35,890 bases of DNA, taken from IMG/VR virus record IMGVR_UViG_3300044229_003739, positions 1 through 35,890 of that record; one strand, written 5' to 3'. Source of the DNA: a virus (Duplodnaviria; Caudoviricetes). The notes under the pieces were generated by a model that saw only the letters and a list, made by a program, of their open reading frames with translations, was not told the DNA's origin and did no database searches. How positions within the stretch are numbered: position 1 is the first letter of the stretch; each line of letters begins with the position of its first letter. Positions 8,512 through 17,658 of this stretch are shown piece after piece. A program made the position numbers and the translations under genes.

Positions 8512-8921
8512 GCACAACTAAATGGAAGCAACTAGAAGAGCAGCTCTCGGGTGTCTTTGGCAGCGCCACTGTATTGGCCGATGGCCATGAAGTGACGTTC
8601 AGTAAATGCCTAGACGGCGAGAAGCTTGTGATCCGTGTAGGCGTAGATGGCTGGATCAAGGGTATCTGGATGTCCGTGGACGAACACGGCCAGCCGGAGC
8701 ACCCAGAGGGGCGCTTCTACTGTCCGCACCGCTTCCGCCCCTGCAAGCTCAAAGAATACCCCAGTCTTAAGAAGGTGTTCGGCAAGAAGAAGGCGGACGA
8801 AATGACGGCTCTGCGCACCGTGCAAGTCATACCCTACTGGAAAAGCCCGCGCACGCTGATCAGCCACCTTAAAAAGCACTTCCCAGACCTGGAGCTGAAA
8901 ACCGATGAGGTGTCGTCATGA
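8508..8921 (+). CDS. Hypothetical phage protein
   Basis: 137 aa, coupled to both neighbours. Confidence 0.7.
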   Translation: MSTTKWKQLEEQLSGVFGSATVLADGHEVTFSKCLDGEKLVIRVGVDGWIKGIWMSVDEHGQPEHPEGRFYCPHRFRPCKLKEYPSLKKVFGKKKADEMTALRTVQVIPYWKSPRTLISHLKKHFPDLELKTDEVSS

Positions 8922-9340
8922 TCAGCAAAGGCAAGCTGGCCCAGATTCACATCGCAAAGGCACAACTGGGGCTAAGCGATGAAGACTATCGCGCGATCCT
9001 CGCCCGCACCGCAGGCGTGAGCAGTGCCAAAGAACTCACAAATCGTACCGTTGGCGGTGTGATGCATGAGTTCCGGCGGCTGGGCTTTGAACCGAAGCCC
9101 GCAAAGAAAGCAGGCCGGAAGGCACCGCGCACGCCGCGTTCGCGCCAGAACGTAATGGCCAAGATCGAAGCGATGCTGACCCATGCTCAGCGCCCCTGGG
9201 CATACGCCGACAGCATGGCCAAACGCATGTTTAACGTTGAGCGGGTGGACTGGCTAGATGATGACCAGCTCCATCGGCTAATGACCGGTTTGATCATCGA
9301 CGCCAAGCGGCAAGGACGGTATCCCGATGACCTCGCATAA
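8918..9340 (+). CDS. gemA: GemA (Mu gp16, DUF1018) family protein
   Basis: LAQIHIAKAQLGLSDEDYRAIL...GVSSAKELT signature; upstream of mor. Confidence 0.92.
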   Translation: MISKGKLAQIHIAKAQLGLSDEDYRAILARTAGVSSAKELTNRTVGGVMHEFRRLGFEPKPAKKAGRKAPRTPRSRQNVMAKIEAMLTHAQRPWAYADSMAKRMFNVERVDWLDDDQLHRLMTGLIIDAKRQGRYPDDLA

Positions 9341-9758
9341 GCATGAGGACAACCTCGACCTGGGCTTCGGCATCCCCAACGATGCGCTGGATTATCTGGA
9401 CCCCGAGATCTTGAAGAAGTGGCCGCAAGGTCTCTCGGACATGCTCACCGTGGTCGAAAACGCCCACATCCGCGCCGGTGATGAGCCGAAGATAGCCCGC
9501 CGCCGAGCCTTTGCCGCCGTGCGGGCTATCAGTTCGTTTGCGGGTGGGCGGAGTCTTTACGTGCCCCAGGGCCGCCAGCTCGACCGCGCCCTGCGGGATC
9601 GGGAGATCTGGGAGCGCCACAGCGGCGATAACATCCCCCAGCTGGTCGAAGACTACGAACTGACCGAGGCGCAGATTTATAGCATCCTCGCTGAGCAGCG
9701 TAAGCTCGCCCGCGCCCGCTTGCAGTCAGACCTGTTCGCTGATCATGATAAAGGCTAA
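9327..9758 (+). CDS. mor: Mor/C-family transcription activator
   Basis: FAGGRSLYVPQG...RDREIWERHSGDNIPQLVEDYELTEAQIYSIL...QSDLF. Confidence 0.92.
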   Translation: MTSHKHEDNLDLGFGIPNDALDYLDPEILKKWPQGLSDMLTVVENAHIRAGDEPKIARRRAFAAVRAISSFAGGRSLYVPQGRQLDRALRDREIWERHSGDNIPQLVEDYELTEAQIYSILAEQRKLARARLQSDLFADHDKG

Positions 9759-9791
9759 GCTAACTACGATTATAAAAAAATGAGGCTGACT

Positions 9792-10448
9792 ATGGGCTGG
9801 TTGAAAAAGATACAAGAATGGCTTTTAAAAAAACCAAAGGACACACAGCCTAGACAGGCCATGAATGTAAATGTGGCTGTAAGCCCTCCAACGGCACAAG
9901 ATGAAACCATAAGCTCACTGCACAAAGAGGCCACCGCCGCCATTAATGAAAAAGATTTTGAAGGGGCTGTGGAGCGCCTTCAAAAAGCCTATGCAATGAT
10001 GGTGGAAGCTCGAACCGATTACCCTATTGAGCGATATCTGCGCCTGCCCAATTACCTTCAGCAAGCAGGCCGCATGGAAGAAGCCGAAGCCATCTTTCAA
10101 GAGATGTTGTCCACGTGGCAACAAGGCAATGAGAAAGCGAGTATTCATAACCAAATGCGCATTGCTTACGGCCGTGAAAAGCGTTTTGATATTGCCACCG
10201 TGCACGGTATGCATAGCATCCTCTGGCGCTGTATCTCCTACACAGAGCACAGAACACCATTGCCGAAGGAAGAGTGGGCGACCTTAGAGCATTGGAAGCC
10301 AGAAGTAGAGAAGTTGCTGAAGCGCACTAAGCAAACAGAATTACTGGATCAAGTGCTCGATAAGCTGCAAGTTTTTCTGGCCAACCCTGACCGCGACCAA
10401 CTGAAAAAAACGGCTGATGAAATCGAAACGATCATCCAAGCGCGTTGA
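9792..10448 (+). CDS. Accessory helical-repeat (TPR-like) protein
   Basis: AT-richer; LPNYLQQAGRMEEAEAIFQEML TPR-like helices; amphipathic N-terminus MGWLKKIQEWLL; RBS GAGG before ATG 9792 (ORF open from 9780). Confidence 0.7.
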   Translation: MGWLKKIQEWLLKKPKDTQPRQAMNVNVAVSPPTAQDETISSLHKEATAAINEKDFEGAVERLQKAYAMMVEARTDYPIERYLRLPNYLQQAGRMEEAEAIFQEMLSTWQQGNEKASIHNQMRIAYGREKRFDIATVHGMHSILWRCISYTEHRTPLPKEEWATLEHWKPEVEKLLKRTKQTELLDQVLDKLQVFLANPDRDQLKKTADEIETIIQAR

Positions 10449-10465
10449 ATACAAAACGAATCCAT

Positions 10466-10490
10466 AACCCGCCACGGCGGGTTGTTTGCT
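10466..10490 (+). terminator. Putative intrinsic terminator
   Basis: AACCCGC-CACG-GCGGGTT hairpin followed by GTTTGCTTT. Confidence 0.6.
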
Positions 10491-10502
10491 TTCTGGGGCA
10501 CC

Positions 10503-10553
10503 AAAACTCCTAAACCGCTTGATTCCCGCCGCCTAGCCCAACCCCTCTAACCT
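10503..10553 (+). promoter_or_regulatory. Putative activator-dependent late promoter (Plys-like)
   Basis: AAAACTCCTAAACCGCTT 10503-10520, 17/18 identical to 19158-19175; -10-like TAACCT 10548-10553; no -35. Confidence 0.6.
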
Positions 10554-10603
10554 GAACCTCACTGCAACGTGCTTTAGCCACCCATGCAATGAGGCTCACT
10601 CCC

Positions 10604-10966
10604 ATGCCCCGCAACGATCTTTCCAACCATTTCCAGCGCCGCGAGTTCGCGTGTAAATGCGGCTGCGGCTTCGATACCGTCGACCTTGAAACCCTGGTGC
10701 TGCTGGAAGACATCCGCACCCATTTTGACGTACCCGTCACCATCAACAGCGGCTGCCGCTGTGAAGCTTACAACCGCAAGGTAGGCGGTGCTGCTGCCAG
10801 CCAGCACCTGTTAGGCCGCGCAGCTGACATCCGCGTGCAGGGCGTTGACCCCGCAGAGGTCGCCGAATACATCGAAACCCAGCACCCTGATGCCAGTGTT
10901 GGCCGCTACAACACCTTCACCCACGTGGATACACGCACAAGCGGCCCTGCCCGCTGGGGCGGGTGA
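10604..10966 (+). CDS. Endolysin, peptidase M15A family
   Basis: HFQRREFACKCGCG; SGCRC..N..VGGA..SQHL.G.AADI; THVD zinc ligands; RBS GAGG before ATG 10604 (alternative start 10589). Confidence 0.9.
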   Translation: MPRNDLSNHFQRREFACKCGCGFDTVDLETLVLLEDIRTHFDVPVTINSGCRCEAYNRKVGGAAASQHLLGRAADIRVQGVDPAEVAEYIETQHPDASVGRYNTFTHVDTRTSGPARWGG

Positions 10967-10969
10967 GCA

Positions 10970-11587
10970 ATGAGCCTGAAAGGTCTACTCGGCAATATCG
11001 ACACCGAAGCGCTAAGCGGCGCGGTCTCCAAGGGGGCGCCGTTGCTTGGTTCGTTGATCGGCACCCCGGCGACTGGAGCCGCCATCGGCATGATTGCTAA
11101 AGCGCTAGGCACCGATGCCAACCCCGAATCAATTACCCAGATGCTTGAGCGCGATCCCGAGGCTAACGTCAAGCTCCAGAAGCTTGAAAACGAACACCAG
11201 CAAACACTCACCCGCATGGTGCTGGAAGCGGAAAGCGTACGCCTGGGCGAAGTGAACAAGACCATGCGCGCTGAAGCGGCCAGCAACGATGCCTATGTAC
11301 GCCGCTGGCGGCCTACGTATGGGTACCTGACTGCTGCCGCTTGGTTTATCCAGATGACCGGCTTCACCGTCATTCTGGGCGTGGTGGCATTCCGCTCTCC
11401 CGGCGAGCTGGCTGCCGTAGTGGGTGCGCTAGGTGCCGTGCTGTCAGCGCTTCTAGGGTTGTGGAGCATAGCCCTGGCCGTACTCGGCATTAACGTGCAT
11501 AAGCGCAGCCAGGATAAACAAGTGGCAGCAGGCCAAGCGCCCAAGGCGGGCTTTATGGATGCCATCGTCAAGCGCGTTGGCGGGTAA
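10970..11587 (+). CDS. Holin, 3TM (GTA holin-like) family
   Basis: RRWRPTYGY motif followed by two long hydrophobic segments and RSQDK; adjacent to endolysin. Confidence 0.8.
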   Translation: MSLKGLLGNIDTEALSGAVSKGAPLLGSLIGTPATGAAIGMIAKALGTDANPESITQMLERDPEANVKLQKLENEHQQTLTRMVLEAESVRLGEVNKTMRAEAASNDAYVRRWRPTYGYLTAAAWFIQMTGFTVILGVVAFRSPGELAAVVGALGAVLSALLGLWSIALAVLGINVHKRSQDKQVAAGQAPKAGFMDAIVKRVGG

Positions 11588-11605
11588 CCAACCAAAGGGA
11601 ACGTC

Positions 11606-11947
11606 ATGGAGTTAATCAACTGGGCAGCCGCCAAGCTGTTTTTCGATATTGTCCAGGCGCTGTTTATGGCGGGCGTGGCGGTCTACGTGTACTGGACTAA
11701 CAAGCACCGTGCCACGGGCACCGCCATCGAGCAGGTGAACACTCGCTTGGACGAGGTGGATAAGCATGTCTCACGCCTAGAACAAACGCTGGATAACCGA
11801 CCCGGCTATAGCGAGATCGAGGCGTTACGCGGCGAGCTTTCCGAAATGAACCGTGGCATGGCCCAGGTCAACGCCCAGATGCAGAGCACCACGGCGCTGC
11901 TCAATCGCCTGCACGAATACCTGCTGACGGAGAAGAAAAACCGATGA
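11606..11947 (+). CDS. DUF2730-like membrane-anchored coiled-coil protein (Mu gp25-like)
   Basis: N-terminal TM segment, coiled coil, position before gp26/gp27. Confidence 0.75.
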   Translation: MELINWAAAKLFFDIVQALFMAGVAVYVYWTNKHRATGTAIEQVNTRLDEVDKHVSRLEQTLDNRPGYSEIEALRGELSEMNRGMAQVNAQMQSTTALLNRLHEYLLTEKKNR

Positions 11948-12243
11948 GCTACCACGACTTTGAAACCGAGGGCCGTCGCTTGACGATCCTGCGCATTCTG
12001 GCTCGCCGCAACCAGTTCACGACTAACGAGTATTCGCTCAACGATGAGCTGAAAGGCGCGTATGCCCACATCGTCAGCCGCGACAAGCTACATGGCGATC
12101 TGGCGTGGCTGGAAGAACAAGACCTGGTGATTGTGCAGCAGCCCCGCGCCGGTTGGCTGATCACCCTGACCGGTCGCGGTGCCGACTGCGCTGAAGGCCT
12201 GGCCAACGTACCCGGCGTCGCCAAACCGCGCCCAGGGGTTTAA
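11944..12243 (+). CDS. Mu gp26-like wHTH protein
   Basis: RRLTILRIL...VSRDKLHGDLAWLEEQDLV...LTGRGAD..G...PGV.KPRP. Confidence 0.85.
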   Translation: MSYHDFETEGRRLTILRILARRNQFTTNEYSLNDELKGAYAHIVSRDKLHGDLAWLEEQDLVIVQQPRAGWLITLTGRGADCAEGLANVPGVAKPRPGV

Positions 12244-12245
12244 CC

Positions 12246-12794
12246 ATGCCGCCTCGCAATAAAGTCTTCGACTTGCCCCAAGAAGTACGCGAAGAGCTAA
12301 ACGAGAAGCTGGTATCTACCGGCTTTCAAGGCTACGAAGCGTTAGCCGGGTGGCTCAGCGAGCGCGGGTATAACGTTTCCAAATCCAGCGTGCATCGCTA
12401 TGGCCAGGATCTCCAGGAGGAGTTTGAAGAGGCCATGGGCGACGTGCGTAAAACCACCGAGCTAGCTCGCGCCATGGCCAGTGAAGGCGAAGACGAAAGC
12501 GGCCATCTTATCGACGCCACCGCACGCATCGTGCAAGACCAGCTGCTGCGGATCTCAATCGCCATGCGTAAAGCCGAGCACGAACCCGACGTGGCGGCCA
12601 AGCACCTAAGCAGCGTGACCAAGGCACTGGCGGACATCGGCCGCGTCTCGCTTAGCCAGAAAAAATGGGCGAAAGAGCTACGGGTGGAAGTCGCCAAAGA
12701 GGCAGCGGAAAAAGCCGAGACCAGCATGGCCACACAGGGCATGAGCCGCGACGCCATCGACGCGATCAAGCGCGACATACTGGGGATTGCCTAA
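12246..12794 (+). CDS. DUF3486 protein (Mu gp27, putative small terminase)
   Basis: KVFDLPQEVREEL...GYNVSKSSVHRYG...IKRDILGIA. Confidence 0.88.
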   Translation: MPPRNKVFDLPQEVREELNEKLVSTGFQGYEALAGWLSERGYNVSKSSVHRYGQDLQEEFEEAMGDVRKTTELARAMASEGEDESGHLIDATARIVQDQLLRISIAMRKAEHEPDVAAKHLSSVTKALADIGRVSLSQKKWAKELRVEVAKEAAEKAETSMATQGMSRDAIDAIKRDILGIA

Positions 12795-12895
12795 TGGAAG
12801 AACTTACCATTGCAGAAGCCATTGTGAATGCTGGTGATAGCCTCGGCTGGGCAATTGTTGTGGCCGCTTTAGTTCGGGGGTTATTAAACAAATGA
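12794..12895 (+). CDS. 33-aa hydrophobic peptide between the terminase genes
   Basis: MEELTIAEAIVNAGDSLGWAIVVAALVRGLLNK; TAATG overlap upstream and ATGA overlap downstream. Confidence 0.6.
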   Translation: MEELTIAEAIVNAGDSLGWAIVVAALVRGLLNK

Positions 12896-14406
12896 CCTCC
12901 GCGCTCCCTGAATCCGTCCTGTTGACCTATCAGCAAGCCTGGATCGAAGACGAATCTGAGCTAAAGCTTGGTGAGAAGAGTCGCCGTACCGGCTTGACCT
13001 GGGCTGAAGCGGCGGACGGCGTGCTAACGGCCAGTAGATCCAAGGTCGCCGGTGGCACCAATCACTTCTATGTGGGCTCCAACAAGGACATGGCCATCGA
13101 GTTTATCGATGCTTGCGCCATGTGGGCCAAGGCGTTCAACCGCGCCGCCTCGCACATCCAGGAAGAACTTTACGAAGATGAGGATAAAAACATCCTCACC
13201 TTCACTATCCACTTTTCCAGCGGCTTCAAGATCCAGGCGCTTAGCTCACGACCTAGCAACATGCGGGGCCGCCAAGGCAACGTCACTATTGACGAAGCCG
13301 CCCACCACGACCAGTTGGCAGAGGTGCTCAAAGCTGCGCTCGCCCTCACCATGTGGGGCTCAAAGGTGCGTCTGATCAGCACGCACAACGGCGTCGAAAA
13401 CCTGTTCAATGAGCTGATTCAGGACAGCCGCGCCGGTAAGAAGCGCTATAGCATTCACCGCATCACCCTGGATGACGCTTGCGAGCAAGGGCTGTACCAG
13501 CGTATTTGCCAAGTGCGTGGCAAGCCCTGGAGCCTGGAAGCCGAAGAACAGTGGAAAGCTAACCTGCTGGCCGATACGGCCACACGGGAAGACGCGCTGG
13601 AAGAGTACTACTGCGTCCCCAAAGCGGGCGGCGGTGCTTACCTTTCCCGCGCCATGATCGAAGCGCGCATGGTTGAGGCCCCCGTGGTTCGCTTTGAAGG
13701 CAGTGCCGAGTTCAACGCGGTACCGGAGCACTACCGCGCCCTAGAGATCAACGCCTGGTGCATTGAACACCTGCTGCCACTACTGGAAAAACTCGACCCT
13801 AAGTTGGCTCATTGCTTTGGGGAAGACTTTGGCCGCAGCGGGGATTTAACCGTGATTGCCCCGATGGCCATCACTCAGCAGCTGGTGCGCCAGGTGCCGT
13901 TCTTGGTCGAACTACGCAACGTCCCGTACAAGCAGCAAGAGCAAGTGTTGTTCTTTATTGCTGATCGCCTGCCACGGCTGCAAGGCGGTGCGTTGGATGG
14001 GCGTGGCAACGGTAACTACTTGGCCGAGCAAGCAGCGGAACGCTACGGCAGTATCGTCGACGTCGTGATGCTTTCCCAGAGCTGGTACCTCAACAACATG
14101 CCACCTTTCAAAGCGGCGTTTGAAGATGAGCTGATCAGCCTTCCTCGCGACAGCAATGTGGTCGATGACCTGCGCGCCCTGCAAGTGATTAAGGGCGTGC
14201 CCAAGCTGCCCGATGCCAAAACCGGCGATAGTAAAGGCCGCCACGGCGATGCCGCCATCGCACTGGCCTTGGCGTACTACGCCAGCCTGATGGACGTGAC
14301 TCCCATCGACTTCACCCCCGCGCCCCTGCCTGGTGTTTCCCGCCAGGATGACGACAGCGACGACATTGAACACACCGGATTCGGTATAGGAGGCGGCGCA
14401 TGGTAA
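12892..14406 (+). CDS. Terminase large subunit (Mu gp28-like)
   Basis: Walker A KSRRTGLT; Walker B VTIDEAA; nuclease motifs GEDFGRSGD and HGDAA. Confidence 0.93.
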   Translation: MTSALPESVLLTYQQAWIEDESELKLGEKSRRTGLTWAEAADGVLTASRSKVAGGTNHFYVGSNKDMAIEFIDACAMWAKAFNRAASHIQEELYEDEDKNILTFTIHFSSGFKIQALSSRPSNMRGRQGNVTIDEAAHHDQLAEVLKAALALTMWGSKVRLISTHNGVENLFNELIQDSRAGKKRYSIHRITLDDACEQGLYQRICQVRGKPWSLEAEEQWKANLLADTATREDALEEYYCVPKAGGGAYLSRAMIEARMVEAPVVRFEGSAEFNAVPEHYRALEINAWCIEHLLPLLEKLDPKLAHCFGEDFGRSGDLTVIAPMAITQQLVRQVPFLVELRNVPYKQQEQVLFFIADRLPRLQGGALDGRGNGNYLAEQAAERYGSIVDVVMLSQSWYLNNMPPFKAAFEDELISLPRDSNVVDDLRALQVIKGVPKLPDAKTGDSKGRHGDAAIALALAYYASLMDVTPIDFTPAPLPGVSRQDDDSDDIEHTGFGIGGGAW

Positions 14407-15986
14407 GCCCCAAAGCACTGATCAAAAAACTGTTTGGTAATGAAAGCAGTCAAGCGCTGGAAGAAGAACAGACCCAAGATGCCCGCGTTGGCCAGCTCAA
14501 GCGCGAATTTGCCGAGCACCCCACAAAGGGGCTTAACCCGCACCGGCTCTACCAGATCCTTGAGAGTGCCGAGCAAGGCGACCTAAAAGCGCAGTCAGAA
14601 CTCTTCGACGACATGGAGGAGAAAGACCCGCAGATAGGAGCCGACCTCGGTAAGCGCCGCCAGTTAAGTGCAGAGCGTGAATGGCAGATCGTCCCGCCCG
14701 ACGGCGCGGATGCACGCGAGAAGAAAGCCGCCGAGCAAGCGGCGGAAGTGTTCAGCGGTATCGAGGTGGAAGATCTGATCCTGGACCTGGGCACCGGCAT
14801 CGGCCACGGCTGGGCGAACCTGGAGCTGGCCTGGGGTCGCGATGGCGCGATGCGCTACATCGAGCAGCCGACGCTGCGCCCGCATTCATGGTTTCGCCTG
14901 CACCCGGATGACCAGAACTGCATTACCCTGCGCGACATGAGCGCCACCGGTGCCGAGCTATGGCCACTGGGCTGGATTCAGCACCGCCACCGCGCCAAGG
15001 CGGGCTATGTGGCACGCATGGGCCTGCACCGCATGCTGGCCTGGCCGTACCTGTTTCAAAACTACGCCCTGGGCGACCTGGCGCAACTGCTCGAAATCTA
15101 CGGCATGCCCGCCCGCATCGGTAAGTACCCGAAGAACGCCACCGATAAAGAGAAAGCCACACTGCTGCGGGTCGTCGTTAGCTTGGGCCAGAACGCGGCG
15201 GGCATCATCCCAGACGGTATGTCGCTGGAATTCCTGGAAGCCGCTAGCGGCCGCGCCGATGTGTACAAAGCCATGATGGACTGGTGCGAGCGCGCCAAAG
15301 CCAAGGCGATCCTGGGCGGCACGCTCACCAGCGGTACCGGCGAAGGTACCAACACCAACGCCCTGGGCAATGTGCATGAGCGCGGGCAAATGAGCCTGAT
15401 CCGCTCGGATGCACGCCAGTACGCAGGCAGCATCGGCAAGAACATCCTATGGCCCATGGCGGCGCTCAACTTCGGTATCGAGAAGCCCAGCCGCGCTCCG
15501 CGCTTCTACTTGGACACCGGCGAGACCGAAGACCTGGAACGCCTCTCCAAGAGCCTGCCGACCATCGTCGACATGGGCGCTCGCATCCCCATGTGGTGGT
15601 TCCACGAGAAAAGCGGCATCCCCAAAGCGGCCGAAGGCGAAGAGGTGCTAATGCCAAAAGCATCGCCAAGCCCCTTTGGTGCGCTGCGTTTGGCACATTC
15701 TGCACCCCACAAGCGCATTGCGGCGCTACGCTTGGGCGATAGCGACGAACCCGATGCAGCCGACTTACAGCGGGAGCGCCTACAGCGTGAAGGCGACGCC
15801 GCCCTTGAACCCTGGGTGGAGCGTATCCGCGCATTAGTCGATGAAGTCGAAAGCCTGGAAGAACTGCGCGACCGCCTGGTCGAGCTGGCCCCCGACCTGC
15901 CGGTTCAAGACTTCGCCGAGGTGATGACCGAAGCGCTGGCCGCTGCCCACGTCGCTGGTCGCTACGACATTATCGAGGGGGTCTAA
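14400..15986 (+). CDS. Portal protein (Mu gp29, DUF935)
   Basis: LFDDMEEKD; EIYGMPARIGKYP; AILGGTLTS...ALGNVHE. Confidence 0.93.
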   Translation: MVSPKALIKKLFGNESSQALEEEQTQDARVGQLKREFAEHPTKGLNPHRLYQILESAEQGDLKAQSELFDDMEEKDPQIGADLGKRRQLSAEREWQIVPPDGADAREKKAAEQAAEVFSGIEVEDLILDLGTGIGHGWANLELAWGRDGAMRYIEQPTLRPHSWFRLHPDDQNCITLRDMSATGAELWPLGWIQHRHRAKAGYVARMGLHRMLAWPYLFQNYALGDLAQLLEIYGMPARIGKYPKNATDKEKATLLRVVVSLGQNAAGIIPDGMSLEFLEAASGRADVYKAMMDWCERAKAKAILGGTLTSGTGEGTNTNALGNVHERGQMSLIRSDARQYAGSIGKNILWPMAALNFGIEKPSRAPRFYLDTGETEDLERLSKSLPTIVDMGARIPMWWFHEKSGIPKAAEGEEVLMPKASPSPFGALRLAHSAPHKRIAALRLGDSDEPDAADLQRERLQREGDAALEPWVERIRALVDEVESLEELRDRLVELAPDLPVQDFAEVMTEALAAAHVAGRYDIIEGV

Positions 15987-17212
15987 TGCCTGCCGCCGAG
16001 TTTGGCTCGCTACCGTTTGCCGAACAGATTGAGGCCATGCGCGAGAAGGTGGCCATCCCCACCAACACCTGGTCGGATGTCTACGGCGCAGAGAATGACC
16101 AGGCGTTCATGGTCGCCGGTGCCAGCCGCCAGGCCATCGTTGAGGACTTTCAGCGCTCCATCCAAACGATGATTGAGGAAGGCAAGACGCTTGCCGACTT
16201 CCGCAAGGACTTCGACCAGATCGTCGAGCGCCACGGCTGGGCCTACAAAGGCAGCCGCAGTTGGCGCACCCGCGTCATCTACGACACCAACCTGCGCCAA
16301 AGCTACGCCGCCGGGCGTGAACGCCAGATGGAAGACCCGGAGCTGCGACGCCTTCGGCCGTTTGGGCTTTACCGCCACGGCGGCAGCGAGAACCCGCGTT
16401 CAGCGCACCTGGCCAACGATGGCCGCGTTGTGCCGCTGGATGACCCCTGGTGGGATGTCTGGACGCCACAAAACGGCTACGGCTGTAGCTGCAAAAAGTA
16501 CATGATCAGCCGCCACCAGGCGGAGCGCGAAGGCTACACGGTGTCCGAGCAAGGCCCCGACATCGAGTACGTCGAGCGCACCATTGGCGAGAACGGCCCC
16601 AACCCGCGCACGGTGAGCGTCCCCAAAGGCATCGACCCCGGCTTTGACCACCGGCCTGGCAGCGGCCGCGCAAGAAGCATCACGCCCAAGCCCACCGGCC
16701 AACTCCCGGAGCGTTCCGGCACCGTTTCGCCCGCACGCCAGGCACAGGACGACATGCCCGATTATCGAGAGGAAACAGCCGAACTGCTGGAGGAAGGCCA
16801 ACCGTCAGAGCGTTACGTGGATGCCTTCCTGGAAGTCTTCGGCACCCGGCGGGGCGGAGACGTGCGGCGCTTTACCGATGCCACTGGGGAATCACTGCCC
16901 ATCAGTGAGGATCTATTCCGCGACGGTCGTGGCGACTGGTCACTACCAGGGGATGGCCAAAACCTGAGCGCACTGGCCCGCACCCTGCGCGAGCCGGACG
17001 AAATCTGGACAGCCCTGGAAACCATCGACGGCGAGCGCCCGCGCCTGCGGCGTCGTTACCTGGCGCGCTTCGTGCTGGAAGGCGGCGAGGAAGGCTTGTT
17101 CATGGTCGACTGGGGCCGCGATGGCTGGGCTGGCCAGCGGCTGGACGATGCCGCCGCGCTGGAAGCCTGGCGTCAAGGCGTGCGCCTATATCGTCGTGAG
17201 GAGGAAAGCTAA
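15986..17212 (+). CDS. MuF minor head protein (gp30) with C-terminal extension, PBECR2-like
   Basis: RTRVIYDTNLRQSYAAGR; H...DG.V...DDPWW...P.NGYGCSC; GIDPGFD; C-terminal EPDEIW...RRRYLARF. Confidence 0.88.
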   Translation: MPAAEFGSLPFAEQIEAMREKVAIPTNTWSDVYGAENDQAFMVAGASRQAIVEDFQRSIQTMIEEGKTLADFRKDFDQIVERHGWAYKGSRSWRTRVIYDTNLRQSYAAGRERQMEDPELRRLRPFGLYRHGGSENPRSAHLANDGRVVPLDDPWWDVWTPQNGYGCSCKKYMISRHQAEREGYTVSEQGPDIEYVERTIGENGPNPRTVSVPKGIDPGFDHRPGSGRARSITPKPTGQLPERSGTVSPARQAQDDMPDYREETAELLEEGQPSERYVDAFLEVFGTRRGGDVRRFTDATGESLPISEDLFRDGRGDWSLPGDGQNLSALARTLREPDEIWTALETIDGERPRLRRRYLARFVLEGGEEGLFMVDWGRDGWAGQRLDDAAALEAWRQGVRLYRREEES

Positions 17213-17658
17213 TGGCAGGCATTACCCTCGACTTCCGTATTGACGATAAGCAGGTCATGCGCGCCCTGGGCGAACTCAACCAGCGAGGCCGTGACGCCCA
17301 GCCCGCCATGGCCGCGATTGGTGAAGACCTGGACCGCGCTACGCGCGCTCGCTTTGATGAGCAGGTATCGCCCAGCGGTGACCCGTGGGAGCCGCTCTCC
17401 GACGCGTACCGCCAGCGCAAGCCCCAGCGGCAAGATGAGATCCTGGTGCTCAACGGCTACCTGCGCGACACCAATCGCTATGACGCCGGGCCGGACTATC
17501 TCGAATACGGTACCGACCGCATCTACGGTGCCAGCATGCACTTCGGCGATGAAGAACGCGGCATACCCGAGCGCAACTGGCTCGGCTTCTCAAGCGACGA
17601 TGAAGAGAACGCGATAGAGACCCTGCTGGATTACCTCGGCGAGCCACTGGGCGAATAA
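17212..17658 (+). CDS. Virion morphogenesis protein (Mu G/gp31-like)
   Basis: RFDEQVSPSGDPWEPLS; GTDRIYGASMHFG...IPERNWLG. Confidence 0.88.
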   Translation: MAGITLDFRIDDKQVMRALGELNQRGRDAQPAMAAIGEDLDRATRARFDEQVSPSGDPWEPLSDAYRQRKPQRQDEILVLNGYLRDTNRYDAGPDYLEYGTDRIYGASMHFGDEERGIPERNWLGFSSDDEENAIETLLDYLGEPLGE

